Shown: in pieces, positions 29,601-40,800 of the stretch
Numbering within the stretch: position 1 is the first letter of the stretch
Layout of the letters: every line of letters starts with the position of its first letter
Source of the DNA: Trueperaceae bacterium
GTDB lineage: Bacteria > Deinococcota > Deinococci > Deinococcales > Trueperaceae
Direction of reading: 5' to 3'
DNA length: 64,000 nucleotides
Assembly: GCA_965213925.1 (NCBI GenBank)
Contig: OZ243927.1
Location: 160,001 to 224,000, forward strand
Program-made: the position numbers and the translations under genes
Notes under the pieces: model-generated
The model's database searches: none
Told to the model about the DNA's origin: nothing
The model's input: the letters and a program-made list of their open reading frames with translations, nothing else

Positions 29601-31973
29601 CTACGCCTCAGAGGTCTCTCTTTCGGCTTCTTCTTGCGAATCCTGCTCGCCTTGCTCTTGCTGCGCCGGACGCCGCCCTTGTCGGAAAGCGGCGGTCAGC
29701 ATCGCAGCGGCTTCGGCGGCGTCGATAGCGTTCTCGGGGTCTTCGGACTCTCCGGAAGAGGTCTGCTCAGCTTGCGGCGCGGCTTGTTGCGCGGCTTGTT
29801 GCGCGGGCTCTTGCGCGGGTTCTTGCGCTTCGGTCTCCTGGGTGTCAGCTTGCGCGGGAACTTGCGCTTCTAATTCCTGCTCGCTCACCTCGGCGACCTC
29901 TTCGACCTCGGCGGTCAAGGGTTCACTGCTCGGCTGCGTATCGGGCATGGAGGTCTGCTCTTGTGCCTGCGGACCTTCCTCGCTCTTCTGCTCTTCGGAG
30001 CCACCCGTATCCCCTAAGCCAAACTGCGCGAAGAGGTCGGCGTAGACGTCACCCAACTTGGTGGTGGTCTTCGCGCCCGAATCAGAGGCGGCGTAGGAGT
30101 AGTCGTAGTCGATGCCCTGGCTGCGGCGGCCGCCCCGGCGACCTTTACGTCCGCCGCCACGGTTGGAAGGTGCGCCCGAGGGTGCGCCCATGCCCATGTC
30201 ATCGCCTGCGGAGTAGGGTAGGAGGCGCTTGCGCGACAAGGACGCGCGCTGCTCGATGGGGTCGATGTTGAGGATAACGGCGGTGACTTCGTCGCCTCGG
30301 CTGAAGTGCTGCGAGACGTCTTCGATGTGCTCGTGGGCTAGCTCGCTGATGTGAACCAAACCTTCGATGCCCTCTTCGATCTCCATGAAGACACCGAACT
30401 CGGTCATACCTGTGATGGGTCCGGTGATCTCGGTGCCGGGCGGGAAGCGGTCGGGCAGGCTGCTCCAGGGGTCGGGCTGCGTCTGGCGCAGACCTAAGGA
30501 GATGCGCTGCTGGGCGACGTCGATTTTGAGGATCATCGCCTCGACGTCTTGACCTTCTTCCAAAACCTCTTTCGGATGGCGGATGCGCTTCGTCCAGCTC
30601 ATTTCAGAAACGTGGATAAGCCCCTCTAAGCCAGACTCGATCTCGACAAACGCGCCGAACGGGGTGAGGTTCGTGACCTTACCCTCGACCTTTTGACCGA
30701 TGCTGAAGTTCGCTAGCACATTCTCCCAGGGGTCGGCGCGGAGGGACTTCATAGACAGGTTAATGCGCTCGCGCTCTAGGTCCATATCTAAAACTTCGAC
30801 GCGGACCTTCTGACCGACTTCTAAAACCTCTTTAGGGTGGTTGAAGCGTCCGTAGGAGATTTCGCTGCGGTGGACTAAACCGTCGATACCGCCCAGGTTG
30901 ACGAACGCGCCGAAGTCGGTGATTTCAACGACTTCACCCTCGAGCTTCGCGCCCGGCTCCAACTTGCGGAGCGTCTCCTCTTTTTGCCCCGCGACCTCTT
31001 CTTCGATGATGCTGCGGCGCGAGATGATGACGCGGTTGCGCTTGCGGTTGAGTTCGATGATGCGCACTTTGAGGCGCTTGCCGACGTAAGGCGCGAGGTC
31101 GTTGACGCGGCGCACATCCACCTGGCTCGCGGGCAAGAACGCGCGCACGCCTAAATTCGCGACCAAACCGCCGCGCACCTTTTCGACGATTTCGACCTCG
31201 ACGGGCATCCCTTTGTCGTAAATATCTTGCAAGAGGTTCCAGGCGCGTTCTTGGTCGGCGCGTTTCTTGGACAAGATAATCGTGTTGTTCGGAATGTCCA
31301 CACGAATAGCGTAGACTTGCAGCTCATCACCGGGCTTGAAGTACTTGGCGGCCTCTTCGGCGTTGGCTTCGAATTCGAAGAGCTGATTGTAGGGAACCAG
31401 ACCCTCGATCTTCGCGCCGACGTCCACGACGAGACCGTCTTGCGACAACATGATGACGGTGCCCGTGGTGAGCGTGCCCCTATGGATGGGCTTGCGGGCG
31501 AGCTGCTCGTCACTAGCCGCCATAACCTCTTCCATCGTCATGTTGTTGCCGCTGTCGTCGGCGCTGTCAGCACTGTCCGCCACGCTTGCGATCTGCTCGG
31601 TGGCGTCGGCGACCCCTTCAGACGTTTCAGAGGTCACAGCGTTCTCGCCCTCTGCTGAGGTTCGAGGTGCGGCGTCGCTCGTTATCCGAACGCTTCCGGT
31701 ATCTGCGTCGGCTTGGCGGCTCGTTTCGGCTACATTTTGAGTCGTGTCGTCTTGAGCTGCACTGTCTTGAGCTGCACTGTCTTGAGCTGCACTGTCTTGG
31801 GCTGCACTGTCTTGAGCCACATCGCTAGAGGTTTCTACGGGAGCCACTGCCTCGCTTACACCCTGCTCAGCATCCGCAGATGGGGTCTGTTCAGAACGTT
31901 CGCTCGTGGCTTGGTCGGTGGTGGAGACGCCTTCTAGGGTGTTGTCTCCAGCCTGGTTTAATTTATCGTCCAT
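29601..31973 (-). CDS. rpsA: 30S ribosomal protein S1 with long acidic N- and C-terminal extensions
   Basis: S1 repeats: [50 protein letters not shown]. Confidence 0.95.
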   Translation of the reverse strand: MDDKLNQAGDNTLEGVSTTDQATSERSEQTPSADAEQGVSEAVAPVETSSDVAQDSAAQDSAAQDSAAQDSAAQDDTTQNVAETSRQADADTGSVRITSDAAPRTSAEGENAVTSETSEGVADATEQIASVADSADSADDSGNNMTMEEVMAASDEQLARKPIHRGTLTTGTVIMLSQDGLVVDVGAKIEGLVPYNQLFEFEANAEEAAKYFKPGDELQVYAIRVDIPNNTIILSKKRADQERAWNLLQDIYDKGMPVEVEIVEKVRGGLVANLGVRAFLPASQVDVRRVNDLAPYVGKRLKVRIIELNRKRNRVIISRRSIIEEEVAGQKEETLRKLEPGAKLEGEVVEITDFGAFVNLGGIDGLVHRSEISYGRFNHPKEVLEVGQKVRVEVLDMDLERERINLSMKSLRADPWENVLANFSIGQKVEGKVTNLTPFGAFVEIESGLEGLIHVSEMSWTKRIRHPKEVLEEGQDVEAMILKIDVAQQRISLGLRQTQPDPWSSLPDRFPPGTEITGPITGMTEFGVFMEIEEGIEGLVHISELAHEHIEDVSQHFSRGDEVTAVILNIDPIEQRASLSRKRLLPYSAGDDMGMGAPSGAPSNRGGGRKGRRGGRRSQGIDYDYSYAASDSGAKTTTKLGDVYADLFAQFGLGDTGGSEEQKSEEGPQAQEQTSMPDTQPSSEPLTAEVEEVAEVSEQELEAQVPAQADTQETEAQEPAQEPAQQAAQQAAPQAEQTSSGESEDPENAIDAAEAAAMLTAAFRQGRRPAQQEQGEQDSQEEAERETSEA

Positions 31974-32302
31974 TATATGGGGTTTCCTCCTTGCCTGGTA
32001 AAGAGCAACACCTTTTTAATTTCGAGCGGGGGTCAACAAATTTTTGCAGGATGATGAAGATGGTTTGCCCAGCCCCGGCGTCGTTGATTAGCACAGTGTT
32101 GGCTCGCCCAGGTGAATACCCTCTATTATATACCCTTCAAGTGTTTCTAGTAAAGGGCTCACAGCGCGCCGAGGACAAAGTGTGAGGTGCGCGCGCCGTT
32201 TGCGCAGAGGTGACGCGGTGCTGTTCGCAAGGCGAGAGGTCCGTCAAGGTGTATAAAGATGTGTACAAAGAGGGGTTGTGGAGCGGCTCGAGCCCCGCGT
32301 TC

Positions 32303-32405
32303 ATACGGAATTGCACAGTTTACTTACCCTAACTGAGGGCGTTAGAGCTTACTGTCACAGATAGGCATGACTTTGTTTTGCAAACAAAGTCATGCAACCT
32401 CGTAT
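32303..32405 (+). repeat. ~103-bp MITE-like family A, copy 2
   Basis: ATACGGAATTGCAC..ATGCAACCTCGTAT. Confidence 0.9.
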
Positions 32406-32415
32406 TGCGCCCAAC

Positions 32416-33597
32416 TTAATCCACTCGTCCCTGCAAAAGCGACACGAGTAGACCACCGTTGCGAAACTTTAAGGTAGACGTGAGCGGAAGCTCTATCCAT
32501 TCGGGCGCAGGCGTGACGAACGCAACGTGCCAGCCTCCGGCTTGGCGGAGGCGTTCACTCAGCGCCCTATAGAGCTGTTCGACCTCTTGCTCGCTGCCGA
32601 GCCGCCTGCCGTAAGGCGGATTGGTGACGAGCAAGGCTCGCCCATGTGCCCCTTTGAGCGCGTTGTAGTCGAGCGTGCGGGCGTCCGCCCCGAAGAAGTC
32701 GATATCGCCTAGAACGCCTGCACGTTCGGCGTTCGCTCTCGCCGCCACCAACGCCCTTTGGTCAAGGTCGCAGCCGATGAGCCTTGCGGAGCTTTTGGGG
32801 AGGGCGGCATTTAGAGCCTCCGACTTGAACCGCTCCCACTTGCCCCCTTGAAAACTCGGGAAATGTTCAAAAGCAAACCTGCGACGCAGACCGGGCGCGA
32901 GGTTGCGTTTCATCAGCGCCGCTTCGACGAGAAACGTCCCTGTACCACACATCGGGTCGAGGATAAGGTCGTAAGTCTCCGCTTTACTCGCTTTCAAAAG
33001 GCTCGCCGCGAGGGTTTCGCGTAGCGGCGCTTCACCGACATGGGTGCGGTAGCCGCGCCTATGCAGATGCTCGCCGCTCGTATTCACGCTCAGGGTGCAG
33101 CGGTCTCTAAACAGGCGGGCGTACAGCTGGGGCCGCGCCCCATCCGCTAACGCAGGTTGCAATCCCAGCGGCTCCAAAGAGGTTGTAATCGCATCATAGA
33201 GGGTCGCCGCAATATTTTTGTGATGTCTCAGCCGCGACCTCTTCGCGCTGACGTTGATACTCAGCGCTTCCGCAAATCCCAAATAAAGCTCCCAAGAAAT
33301 GCGCCCCGCTCGGTCGAAGAGGACGGGATACGTCTGCGCTAGAAAATCGTCGATTCGCAGGAGAACGCGGTGCGCGGTGCGCAGGTGCAAGTTGGCGTGG
33401 TACATCGTCTCGAGAGGTCCGCTAAACAGGGCTCCGCCGCGCACGGTTTCGACCTCTTTAACGTCGGGCAAGGCGCAAACTTCCTCCTCTAAAAAAGCCT
33501 CGAACCCAGGCGCACACACCGCTAAAAAGCGCCCCTCCGCTTTGAGGAGATAGCGTTTAAGGCGGCGCTCTAATGCCCTTTGACTCAGCCTAGACAC
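32416..33597 (-). CDS. THUMP-domain RNA methyltransferase (RlmL-like)
   Basis: LHRRGYR, APLRETLAA, LDPMCGTGT, VTNPPYG. Confidence 0.9.
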   Translation of the reverse strand: MSRLSQRALERRLKRYLLKAEGRFLAVCAPGFEAFLEEEVCALPDVKEVETVRGGALFSGPLETMYHANLHLRTAHRVLLRIDDFLAQTYPVLFDRAGRISWELYLGFAEALSINVSAKRSRLRHHKNIAATLYDAITTSLEPLGLQPALADGARPQLYARLFRDRCTLSVNTSGEHLHRRGYRTHVGEAPLRETLAASLLKASKAETYDLILDPMCGTGTFLVEAALMKRNLAPGLRRRFAFEHFPSFQGGKWERFKSEALNAALPKSSARLIGCDLDQRALVAARANAERAGVLGDIDFFGADARTLDYNALKGAHGRALLVTNPPYGRRLGSEQEVEQLYRALSERLRQAGGWHVAFVTPAPEWIELPLTSTLKFRNGGLLVSLLQGRVD

Positions 33598-33641
33598 ACA
33601 TCAGCTTAACCCGACACCCTAACAGGCTATAAAATAAAGAG

Positions 33642-34136
33642 GTGTCCGACCTTGTGGTTACGTCTATGCAACCTGGTGACTGGACGAGGGTCAGCGAAAT
33701 CTACGAAGAGGGCATCGCAACGAGGTTAGCCACCTTTGAAACCGATGTGCCTTCTTGGGAGCATTGGGACGCGGCGCACCTCTCCGATGCGCGACTCCTC
33801 GCTACATTAAACCAAACGATCGTCGGTTGGGCGGCGCTCAGTCCGGTCTCGGCGCGTCCGGTTTATGCGGGCGTGGCTGAGGTGAGCCTCTATGTGGCGG
33901 GAGAGGCGCGAGGTCGCGGGGTCGGCAAGAGGTTGTTGAGCGCTCTCATTCGAGAATCCGAAGAACTCGGCTTGTGGACGCTGCAAGCGGTGACGTTCAA
34001 AGAAAATACGGGGAGTATCGCGCTCCATAAAGGGTGCGGCTTTCGCGAGGTCGGCGTGCGGGAGAAGATCGCGCGGCTTGACGGGGTGTGGCGGGATACG
34101 GTCTTGCTCGAGCGGCGCAGTAAAACAGTTAGCTAG
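33642..34136 (+). CDS. GNAT N-acetyltransferase (phosphinothricin/YncA-like)
   Basis: ATFET, VAEVSLYV..RGRGVG, SIALHKGCGF. Confidence 0.9.
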   Translation: MSDLVVTSMQPGDWTRVSEIYEEGIATRLATFETDVPSWEHWDAAHLSDARLLATLNQTIVGWAALSPVSARPVYAGVAEVSLYVAGEARGRGVGKRLLSALIRESEELGLWTLQAVTFKENTGSIALHKGCGFREVGVREKIARLDGVWRDTVLLERRSKTVS

Positions 34137-34155
34137 AGTTAGAGCCAAAACAAGC

Positions 34156-34350
34156 TCAGTCGTGTTCCGCGAACTCCCCAGAATAGGGAATCACCTTGAT
34201 GACGTCGATCAGCACGCCGTTCGGGTCAGAGGTGATGAAGTGTCGCTGTCTGAAGGGCTCGCTGCGCAGGTCCAAATGGATGGGCAACCCCGCGTCCCTA
34301 AACCTTTTGAAGATACCGTCCACCTTTTTAGCTGCCATAACCGTATCTAC
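34156..34350 (-). pseudogene. VOC/glyoxalase family C-terminal fragment
   Basis: [30 protein letters not shown]; no N-terminal half. Confidence 0.65.
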
Positions 34351-34351
34351 C

Positions 34352-35113
34352 TTATCCGACCTTGTGCGGTAACCAAGCGAGTACGTCCAATCGCTTCGAG
34401 AAGTGTAGCAGGGGCGGCTCGTCGGGCAAGGTAACGCCAATCTGTTCGGTCACCCCGCTATAAGAGGTCTCTAGGTCAAGCTCGGCGGGCTGCAGTGACC
34501 ACATCTCATGGTGAATCTCACCGCGCCGCACCTCACCCTCTCTGTTCGCGCTGTAGAGGCAGTAACGCTCGGTCAAGAAGTGCGTGAGGTCATCCGGCTC
34601 GACCTCTTTCCCTATCGGCTTATAACGCCCTACAAAATTCGCCGCTTTCGCGCCCTTGTGCGTCCGCTCGCTTTTGTAATGGACCGTCTCCCCTTCTACC
34701 TCGCAGGACATGTCGGCGTCGAAGTAGGGCAGATTGAAGGTCGCCCTAGCGAGCCGCACCGCGACAGGGTTATGCGCGTCCAGGCTGAAAAACCACACGC
34801 CGGGTTTACGTGCCGCGTCTCGAGAGGTCACGTACGTGCGCAAGTTCAATTCGGGAAAGTTCGACAGCCACGGGACGCTCGGCAAGTAGTGTGGACGCAC
34901 GCCGCGCATGTCAAAAGGGACGACGCCTAGCCACGCGCTCCCTTCGAACGTGTCTAGCTCGAGCGTGGGCGGTATAAGCGAACGTATCGAATCCGCAGGC
35001 ACCGCCCAGTGCATAAACAAGAGGTCGTACCATTCCATCGAGAGCGCCCAAGGGTTTTGCTCTAAAGGATAAGGTCGGTGCTCGGTGTGGTTGATAAGAA
35101 AAGACGCAGACAT
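34352..35113 (-). CDS. DUF2071/YqjF family protein
   Basis: [36 protein letters not shown]. Confidence 0.9.
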   Translation of the reverse strand: MSASFLINHTEHRPYPLEQNPWALSMEWYDLLFMHWAVPADSIRSLIPPTLELDTFEGSAWLGVVPFDMRGVRPHYLPSVPWLSNFPELNLRTYVTSRDAARKPGVWFFSLDAHNPVAVRLARATFNLPYFDADMSCEVEGETVHYKSERTHKGAKAANFVGRYKPIGKEVEPDDLTHFLTERYCLYSANREGEVRRGEIHHEMWSLQPAELDLETSYSGVTEQIGVTLPDEPPLLHFSKRLDVLAWLPHKVG

Positions 35114-35145
35114 CCGCTTAGTTTAAGAGGTCGCTTAAACCATCT

Positions 35146-35751
35146 CTAGGAGCTGGCTCGCATCTCTTTCACAGGCTCGTAGCGAAAGCAGTCCGCCGTG
35201 TGGTCGTTCACCATTCCTACCGCCTGCATGTAGGCGTACATAATCGTGGAGCCCACAAACTTAAAGCCGCGCTTTTTGAGGTCTCTACTTAGCGCGTCGG
35301 ACTCGAGCGTCGTCGCGGGGACCTCTTCTAAACTTCGCCGTAATTTGACGATCGGCTCGCCCTCCACGAACCGCCAGAGGTAAGCGCTGAAGCTGCCGAA
35401 TTCCTCTTGCACCTCCAAGAAGTGTTGCGCGTTTGTCACAGTAGACGTAACCTTGAGGCGGTTGCGGACGATGCCCTTATTCTCTAAAAGGTCAGCTAGC
35501 TTAGCCTCGCCATAACTTGCCACCTTTTGGGCGTCGAAGTGGTCGAAAGCCTCGCGGTACGCTTCGCGCTTCTTGAGGATAGTCAGCCAGGACAGTCCAG
35601 CTTGGGCACCCTCGAGCACCAAAAACTCGAAGAGCGTCCGATCATCAAAGACGGGGACGCCCCACTCGGTGTCGTGATAGTCCAGGTACAAAGGGTCAGC
35701 CGTCACCCACGCGCAGCGCGTTCGCCCATCCGGGTCACGCTTCGTCGTCAC
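35146..35751 (-). CDS. tag: DNA-3-methyladenine glycosylase I
   Basis: YHDTEWGVP, LEGAQAGLSW, FKFVGSTI, VNDH. Confidence 0.95.
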   Translation of the reverse strand: MTTKRDPDGRTRCAWVTADPLYLDYHDTEWGVPVFDDRTLFEFLVLEGAQAGLSWLTILKKREAYREAFDHFDAQKVASYGEAKLADLLENKGIVRNRLKVTSTVTNAQHFLEVQEEFGSFSAYLWRFVEGEPIVKLRRSLEEVPATTLESDALSRDLKKRGFKFVGSTIMYAYMQAVGMVNDHTADCFRYEPVKEMRASS

Positions 35752-36679
35752 CGTCAGCCTTAACGCCGTCTTTGCAAAGCTTGAGCGCCGTGTAGATAAA
35801 GTCGTTCACGGGCGTGTCCACGCCGAGTTCATCGCCCAACTTGCTCGCGTAGCCGTTCAGCGCATCGAGTTCTAAGGGTCTGCCCTTCACTAAATCTTGC
35901 TGCAGCGACGAGCGCATCTCCGGGTCTAGGGAGTTGCGGCTGAATTCCAGGCGCTCTTGGACGATGTCTTCGGGCAAGTCAACCCCTCTAGCTTGAGCGA
36001 GCGCGGCGATTTCCTTCATCGCCCTGCGGTAGAGATCAGTCGTGGCTTCGTCCTCTAAAACTCTGCCGATCGGCTGCCGGGTCAGCGCCGTGATCCCGCT
36101 GAACGCGCAGATAAAGAGCCACTTCGTCCAGATGACGCGCTGGATGTCGTTCTCCAACTCCGCCTCGACCCCCACCGCCTCGAACGCCTCTAAAAGTTCC
36201 TGGGCTTTAGGTGAATTCTCACCGCCAAACGCGCCAAAGGAGACCTTTGCAAACGGGCTTTTATGCGTGATTTCACCCGGCGCGCTGATCAGCGCTTCGA
36301 TATACGCCACGCCGCCGAGCACCTGCCCGCTCTCTAAAACCTCTTTCAAAACCTCTTCGTTGTCCACGCCATTTTGCAAACTCACGACAACCGTGCTATC
36401 TCCGAGTAGGAGCTTAATCTCCTCGGCCGCCTCTCTCGTATCTTGCGACTTGACCGTAAAGAGCACCGCGTCCACCTCGCCGATGTGCTCTGTATCACCC
36501 GTGACAGGAATCGCCCGGATGTCAAAGTCACCGAGCGTGCTCTTGACCTTGATCCCCTCTTCGCGCAGCGCCTCTAAATGCTCACCTCTCGCGATGAAGT
36601 GAACGTCGTTTTCGCCCTGCGCTAAACGTCCCCCGAAGTATCCACCCACGCCCCCTGTGCCCATGACAGCGATTTTCAT
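35735..36679 (-). CDS. panE: 2-dehydropantoate 2-reductase
   Basis: GTGGVGGYFG, SLQNG, SSLQQDL..ELDALNG. Confidence 0.9.
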   Translation of the reverse strand: MKIAVMGTGGVGGYFGGRLAQGENDVHFIARGEHLEALREEGIKVKSTLGDFDIRAIPVTGDTEHIGEVDAVLFTVKSQDTREAAEEIKLLLGDSTVVVSLQNGVDNEEVLKEVLESGQVLGGVAYIEALISAPGEITHKSPFAKVSFGAFGGENSPKAQELLEAFEAVGVEAELENDIQRVIWTKWLFICAFSGITALTRQPIGRVLEDEATTDLYRRAMKEIAALAQARGVDLPEDIVQERLEFSRNSLDPEMRSSLQQDLVKGRPLELDALNGYASKLGDELGVDTPVNDFIYTALKLCKDGVKADGDDEA

Positions 36680-36702
36680 AGTTCTCCTCTAAAAAGAAGG
36701 TT

Positions 36703-36757
36703 AAAGGACTGAGGTAAAAGTTTTTATCTTTCCTCTCAGTCCTCAGTCCTTTTCTCT
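36703..36757. repeat. AGGACTG/CAGTCCT heptamer palindrome, copy 2
   Basis: aaaggactgagg..ctcagtcctcagtccttttctct. Confidence 0.7.
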
Positions 36758-36780
36758 CATTACTCCATACACTTAACGCG

Positions 36781-37467
36781 TTAGGACATAGGTAAAACGT
36801 AGAGCAGCATCAACATGAAGTGCGCCGCGCTGCCCGCTAGCACGAAGAGGTGCCACAGCTCGTGGTAGCCGAACCACTCGGGGTGAAAGTTCGGCTTTTT
36901 GAGCCCGTAAATCACCGCGCCCACCGAGTAGAAGAGCCCGCCCAAGACGAGCCAGAACACGCCGCCGATAGGAAGGGCTTGGACAATCGGCACGATGGCG
37001 ATGAGCGCCAGCCAGCCCATCAAGAGGTAAAGCCCCGTGGAGAGCCAGCGGGGAGCCTCTAACCACACCAGCTTAAAGACCACCCCTAAAAGCGCGATGC
37101 CCCACACGATGCCGAAGAGCGTCCAGCCCCACGCCGCGCTGCCCTCTTGCAAGGTCACGAGCGTGATCGGCGTGTAGCTGCCCGCGATGAGCAGGAAGAT
37201 TGCGGCGTGGTCGAAGAGCTTGAGGTAGCGCCGACCTCTTGGACCTGCCCTTAAACTGTGCAGGAGCGTCGAAGCGGTGTAGAGCAAGATGAGCGTCGCG
37301 CCGTAGACCGCGAAGCTCGCAGTGCGCCAGGGTTCGCCCTCGGACATGACGAGCAAGACGATGAGTCCGGCGATAGAGAGCAAGATGCCCGCGAAGTGTG
37401 TGAGGCCGTTGACGGGTTCGCGCAAGTAGCGCTTGATACCCTTGGGAAGATGGTCTTCTTTGGTCAT
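36781..37467 (-). CDS. Hemolysin III / PAQR (TrhA-like) membrane protein
   Basis: FDHAAIFLLIAGSYTP, YHELWHLFV. Confidence 0.92.
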   Translation of the reverse strand: MTKEDHLPKGIKRYLREPVNGLTHFAGILLSIAGLIVLLVMSEGEPWRTASFAVYGATLILLYTASTLLHSLRAGPRGRRYLKLFDHAAIFLLIAGSYTPITLVTLQEGSAAWGWTLFGIVWGIALLGVVFKLVWLEAPRWLSTGLYLLMGWLALIAIVPIVQALPIGGVFWLVLGGLFYSVGAVIYGLKKPNFHPEWFGYHELWHLFVLAGSAAHFMLMLLYVLPMS

Positions 37468-37862
37468 GGGTAAGTGTAACAGGGGAATGTGAAAAATAGA
37501 CGTGCGGGATGAGGGGAGCAGCTTTTCGTTAGAGCAGTCAGCTGACCGTTCTACAAAAAAGCGAGGAACCCCTTAAACTTCTCGAATTTCCTCCGAAAAA
37601 GCTCAAAATTGGATTCCGACCAGGGGAAGTATTTTAGTCCCACCTTTGATGCGGAAGGGAATATGGACCTTATGCGTTCACGAGGAGTAAAAGATAGCCA
37701 AGTACGACATATACTTCTTAGAGTTTCTTCTATATTGCGAACAAAGGCTTCGGACTAGGACACTTTGGCATGTAGAACATTCCGGAAGAATCTAAAAAGT
37801 ACGGCGGCTATCACCCAGCAGACTACTACGTCACGACATGTTTTTCGATGCGTTCAGATTTC

Positions 37863-40800
37863 TCAACCTTCGTGCGGCAGGGTTTGAGGCATGATAATAG
37901 CTCTGGCGCCAAGGAGCGGGTCGTGGTCGGACGCCTGGTCCGTAAACTCGCTGTTGACGTGCACCGCGTCGAACTGCGCGACCTCTGCCAGCGACTCGCT
38001 GACTAAGATGTGGTCTAAGGACTGCGAGTTGCCCTGGAAGATGTAGGAGTAGCGCTCGTCGGGCTCTAAGGTCTCGGTCAGGTTGACGAGGCTCGTCTCT
38101 AGGACCTCCAAGGGCGAGATGAACTCGAACTCGTTGAAGTCGCCTGCGGCTATGACGTCCGCACCGTCGGCTAAGTTGTCGACGTACACCTTGAGCGCGC
38201 GCGCTTGGTCGCGCCGCTCGTCTAAGCTTCCGTTGATTTCGGGGTCTTCTTGACCTTCGCCCGGCTGCGCGTTCTCGACGACCGTCCGCTGCAAGGAGCC
38301 TAAGAGCGGCTTGCTGCCCCCTTTGGAGGAGAAGTGGTTGCTGATGACGGTGACTTCTTGCGTGTTAAAGGTAAACGTGGCGACGAGCGGCAAGCGGCTG
38401 TCGAAGAAGGGGTTCGCTTCGTTCGTCCGCTGGTCTTGCGGGTCGACGACGGTCTGCACCGCGCCCGCGTCGTAATCGTCTAACTGCGGCTCGCCCGCCA
38501 AGCTGACCCGCTCGGGGTTGTAGAGAAAGGCGTTGCGGATGTTGCCGCCAGGCTGCCCGCCGCTCGTATTGTTGCCGATGAAGGGGTTGTCGATAAAAGC
38601 GTAGGTGGGACCGCCCGCCTGGGCGATGGCGTCCACCAAGATCTGCAGCGTTACGTCTGCCGCCGTGACGGTCGAGTCCTCGGGGTTCGCCGACCCGTCG
38701 TTGTCCTGAATCTCTTGCAGCGCGACGATGTCGGGCGCGTTCAAGTTCGTGACGATGTCGTCAGCGATGTCTGCAAACTGACCCTCGGCAACGTCCGCGT
38801 CGCCGTCCGCGTCGTTCGGGTCCAAGTTGAGCACGTTGTAGCTCGCGACGCTGAGCTGGTCGTCGCCGCTCTCTAGAGTGCTGACCTCGGGCTCGAGACC
38901 AGATTCGCCCTCCACCTCGAAGACGCCAAACGTCTGCGTCGGATAGACCTCGAAGTTGCCGAAGCTGTAGCCGACCACGCCCGTCACGTCGGTGAAGAGC
39001 GCGCCGACGTCCACCTGCGGGAAGTCGAGGTCGAAGAGGTCTTCGTCTTCGTCGATCTGGATGCGCTCGGGGTTGAAGTCGTCCGGGCTGATGTTAAGGG
39101 TGCCGCGCTCGCTCAAGCCGGTCGCGCCGCTCGCCTCTAAAACAGTGAAGATTTCGCCGAAGCGGGTCGTCGGACCTACCGCCTGAGCGCCCTCCAAGGT
39201 CACGCGCATCGCCTCTAAGCTCTCGTAGAAGTCCACGCCGTCTTCAAGAGGTTGATAGTCGCCTTCGCCCGCATTGAGGTCGTACTGCGTTGAACGGTCG
39301 TCGTCGATAACTTGGGTGGGCGGCGTCCGTCCGCCCTGAACGAGCAGGACCGGGGTTGGCAGAGGGTTGTCTCGAGACAGCACCTCGTAGCCCGGTCTGA
39401 AGATTTGCGTCGTGGCGAGGTTGCCCGTGTCCGCGCCGCCGGGCACGAACTCGCTTACGGGACCTCTGACCTCGACCTCGTCACCGACGCTCACGGTCGG
39501 CTCGCTTCTCGGCTCGTCGCCGAGAAAGACGAACAGCGCGTCCGAGGTCGCCTCGTTGCCATCGCCCTCGGCGTCTTGCAGGTAAAAACCGCTCGAGCCA
39601 GCCGCCGTGACGATGCCCGTCGTGACGACGCTCTCACCTTCGAAGGGCGAGACGTGACCTTCACCCTGAATGGTGTAGATGGGCACGCTTTGGGGCTCGC
39701 CGCCTGAGCCGCCATTCCCGGTGTCGTCTCCGAGGGTGTCCTCGCGGACGCTCAGGTTCTGGATGCGCTCGTCCTCTTCGGTGGGCGTGTCCGCTTGGCT
39801 GTAGGGGTCGGTACGCGGGAACGCCTCGAGGTACCCTTGGAGCGCTTCCTGTTCGCCCAGAGGCTCGCCCGCGCCGCCCGTGAGTTCGGTGCGCTCGCCC
39901 GCCGGGAAGGGGTAGCCGTCGCCGCCCAAGCCGTTCTCGCGCAGCTCAGCCAAGAAGTTCAGGGTGACGAGGTCGAAGGTGCGCGCCGGGTCGCCTTGCA
40001 GCGCGCCGCCCTCCACGACGGTATCCGCGACGTTGCCCTCCGCGCCAAACACGACGAGGCTCCGCACGCGCTCGCCTTCTTGGACCAGCTCGCCCGCTTC
40101 GTCGTACTGCAGCGCCTGCTGGTTCGGGTCGAAGGAGAAGGCGAAGCCGCCCACCTGCGGGAACTGACCTGGGGTCGCGCCGGGCTCCGTAGCGGCGACG
40201 CCGTGCTCGAGCAGCCGCTTCAGCTCCTCAGCCGTCACCGTGAGCGTGACGAGCGTGTTGTTGAAGCGCAGCGAGTTCTGGATGTCGAGCTGTGAGATGT
40301 CGCCGTCTTGGTCGTCCTCGATCAAGGGGTTCTCCTGCGGCGGGACCCGCTCGCCCTCGTCGCCGGGCAAGATGTCGCCTATCGAAGCGCGGATGCCGCC
40401 GCCGTTTTTGAGCGACAAGGTGACGCTGCTATTCTGAGCGCGCGCGGCGGAGAGGTTCGCGTCCGCCGTGAGGTTGCCGAGGTTCGTCTCCTGGGTGCGG
40501 ACCGCCTCGCGGATGCCGTTAAGGAACACCTCGGTCGCGCCGTAGAGCGTGCCGTCAAGGTCGACTAAGGTCGTCTCAACTTCGTTGACCGCCTCGACGA
40601 CGCCGGGCGCGGGCTCCGTACCGAATTCCACCGCGCCCACGTCGTCCGCCGGGTACGGACCGCTCGCCTCGCCGATACCCGTCAGCACGCCGTCCGCGTC
40701 GAACTCGGTCACGAGCCGCCCCACGTAACGGTACTCGCGGTCGGTGTTGACGAGCGCGACGGGCTCGCCCGCCGACGACGTGTAGAGCAGCGGGTAGGGA

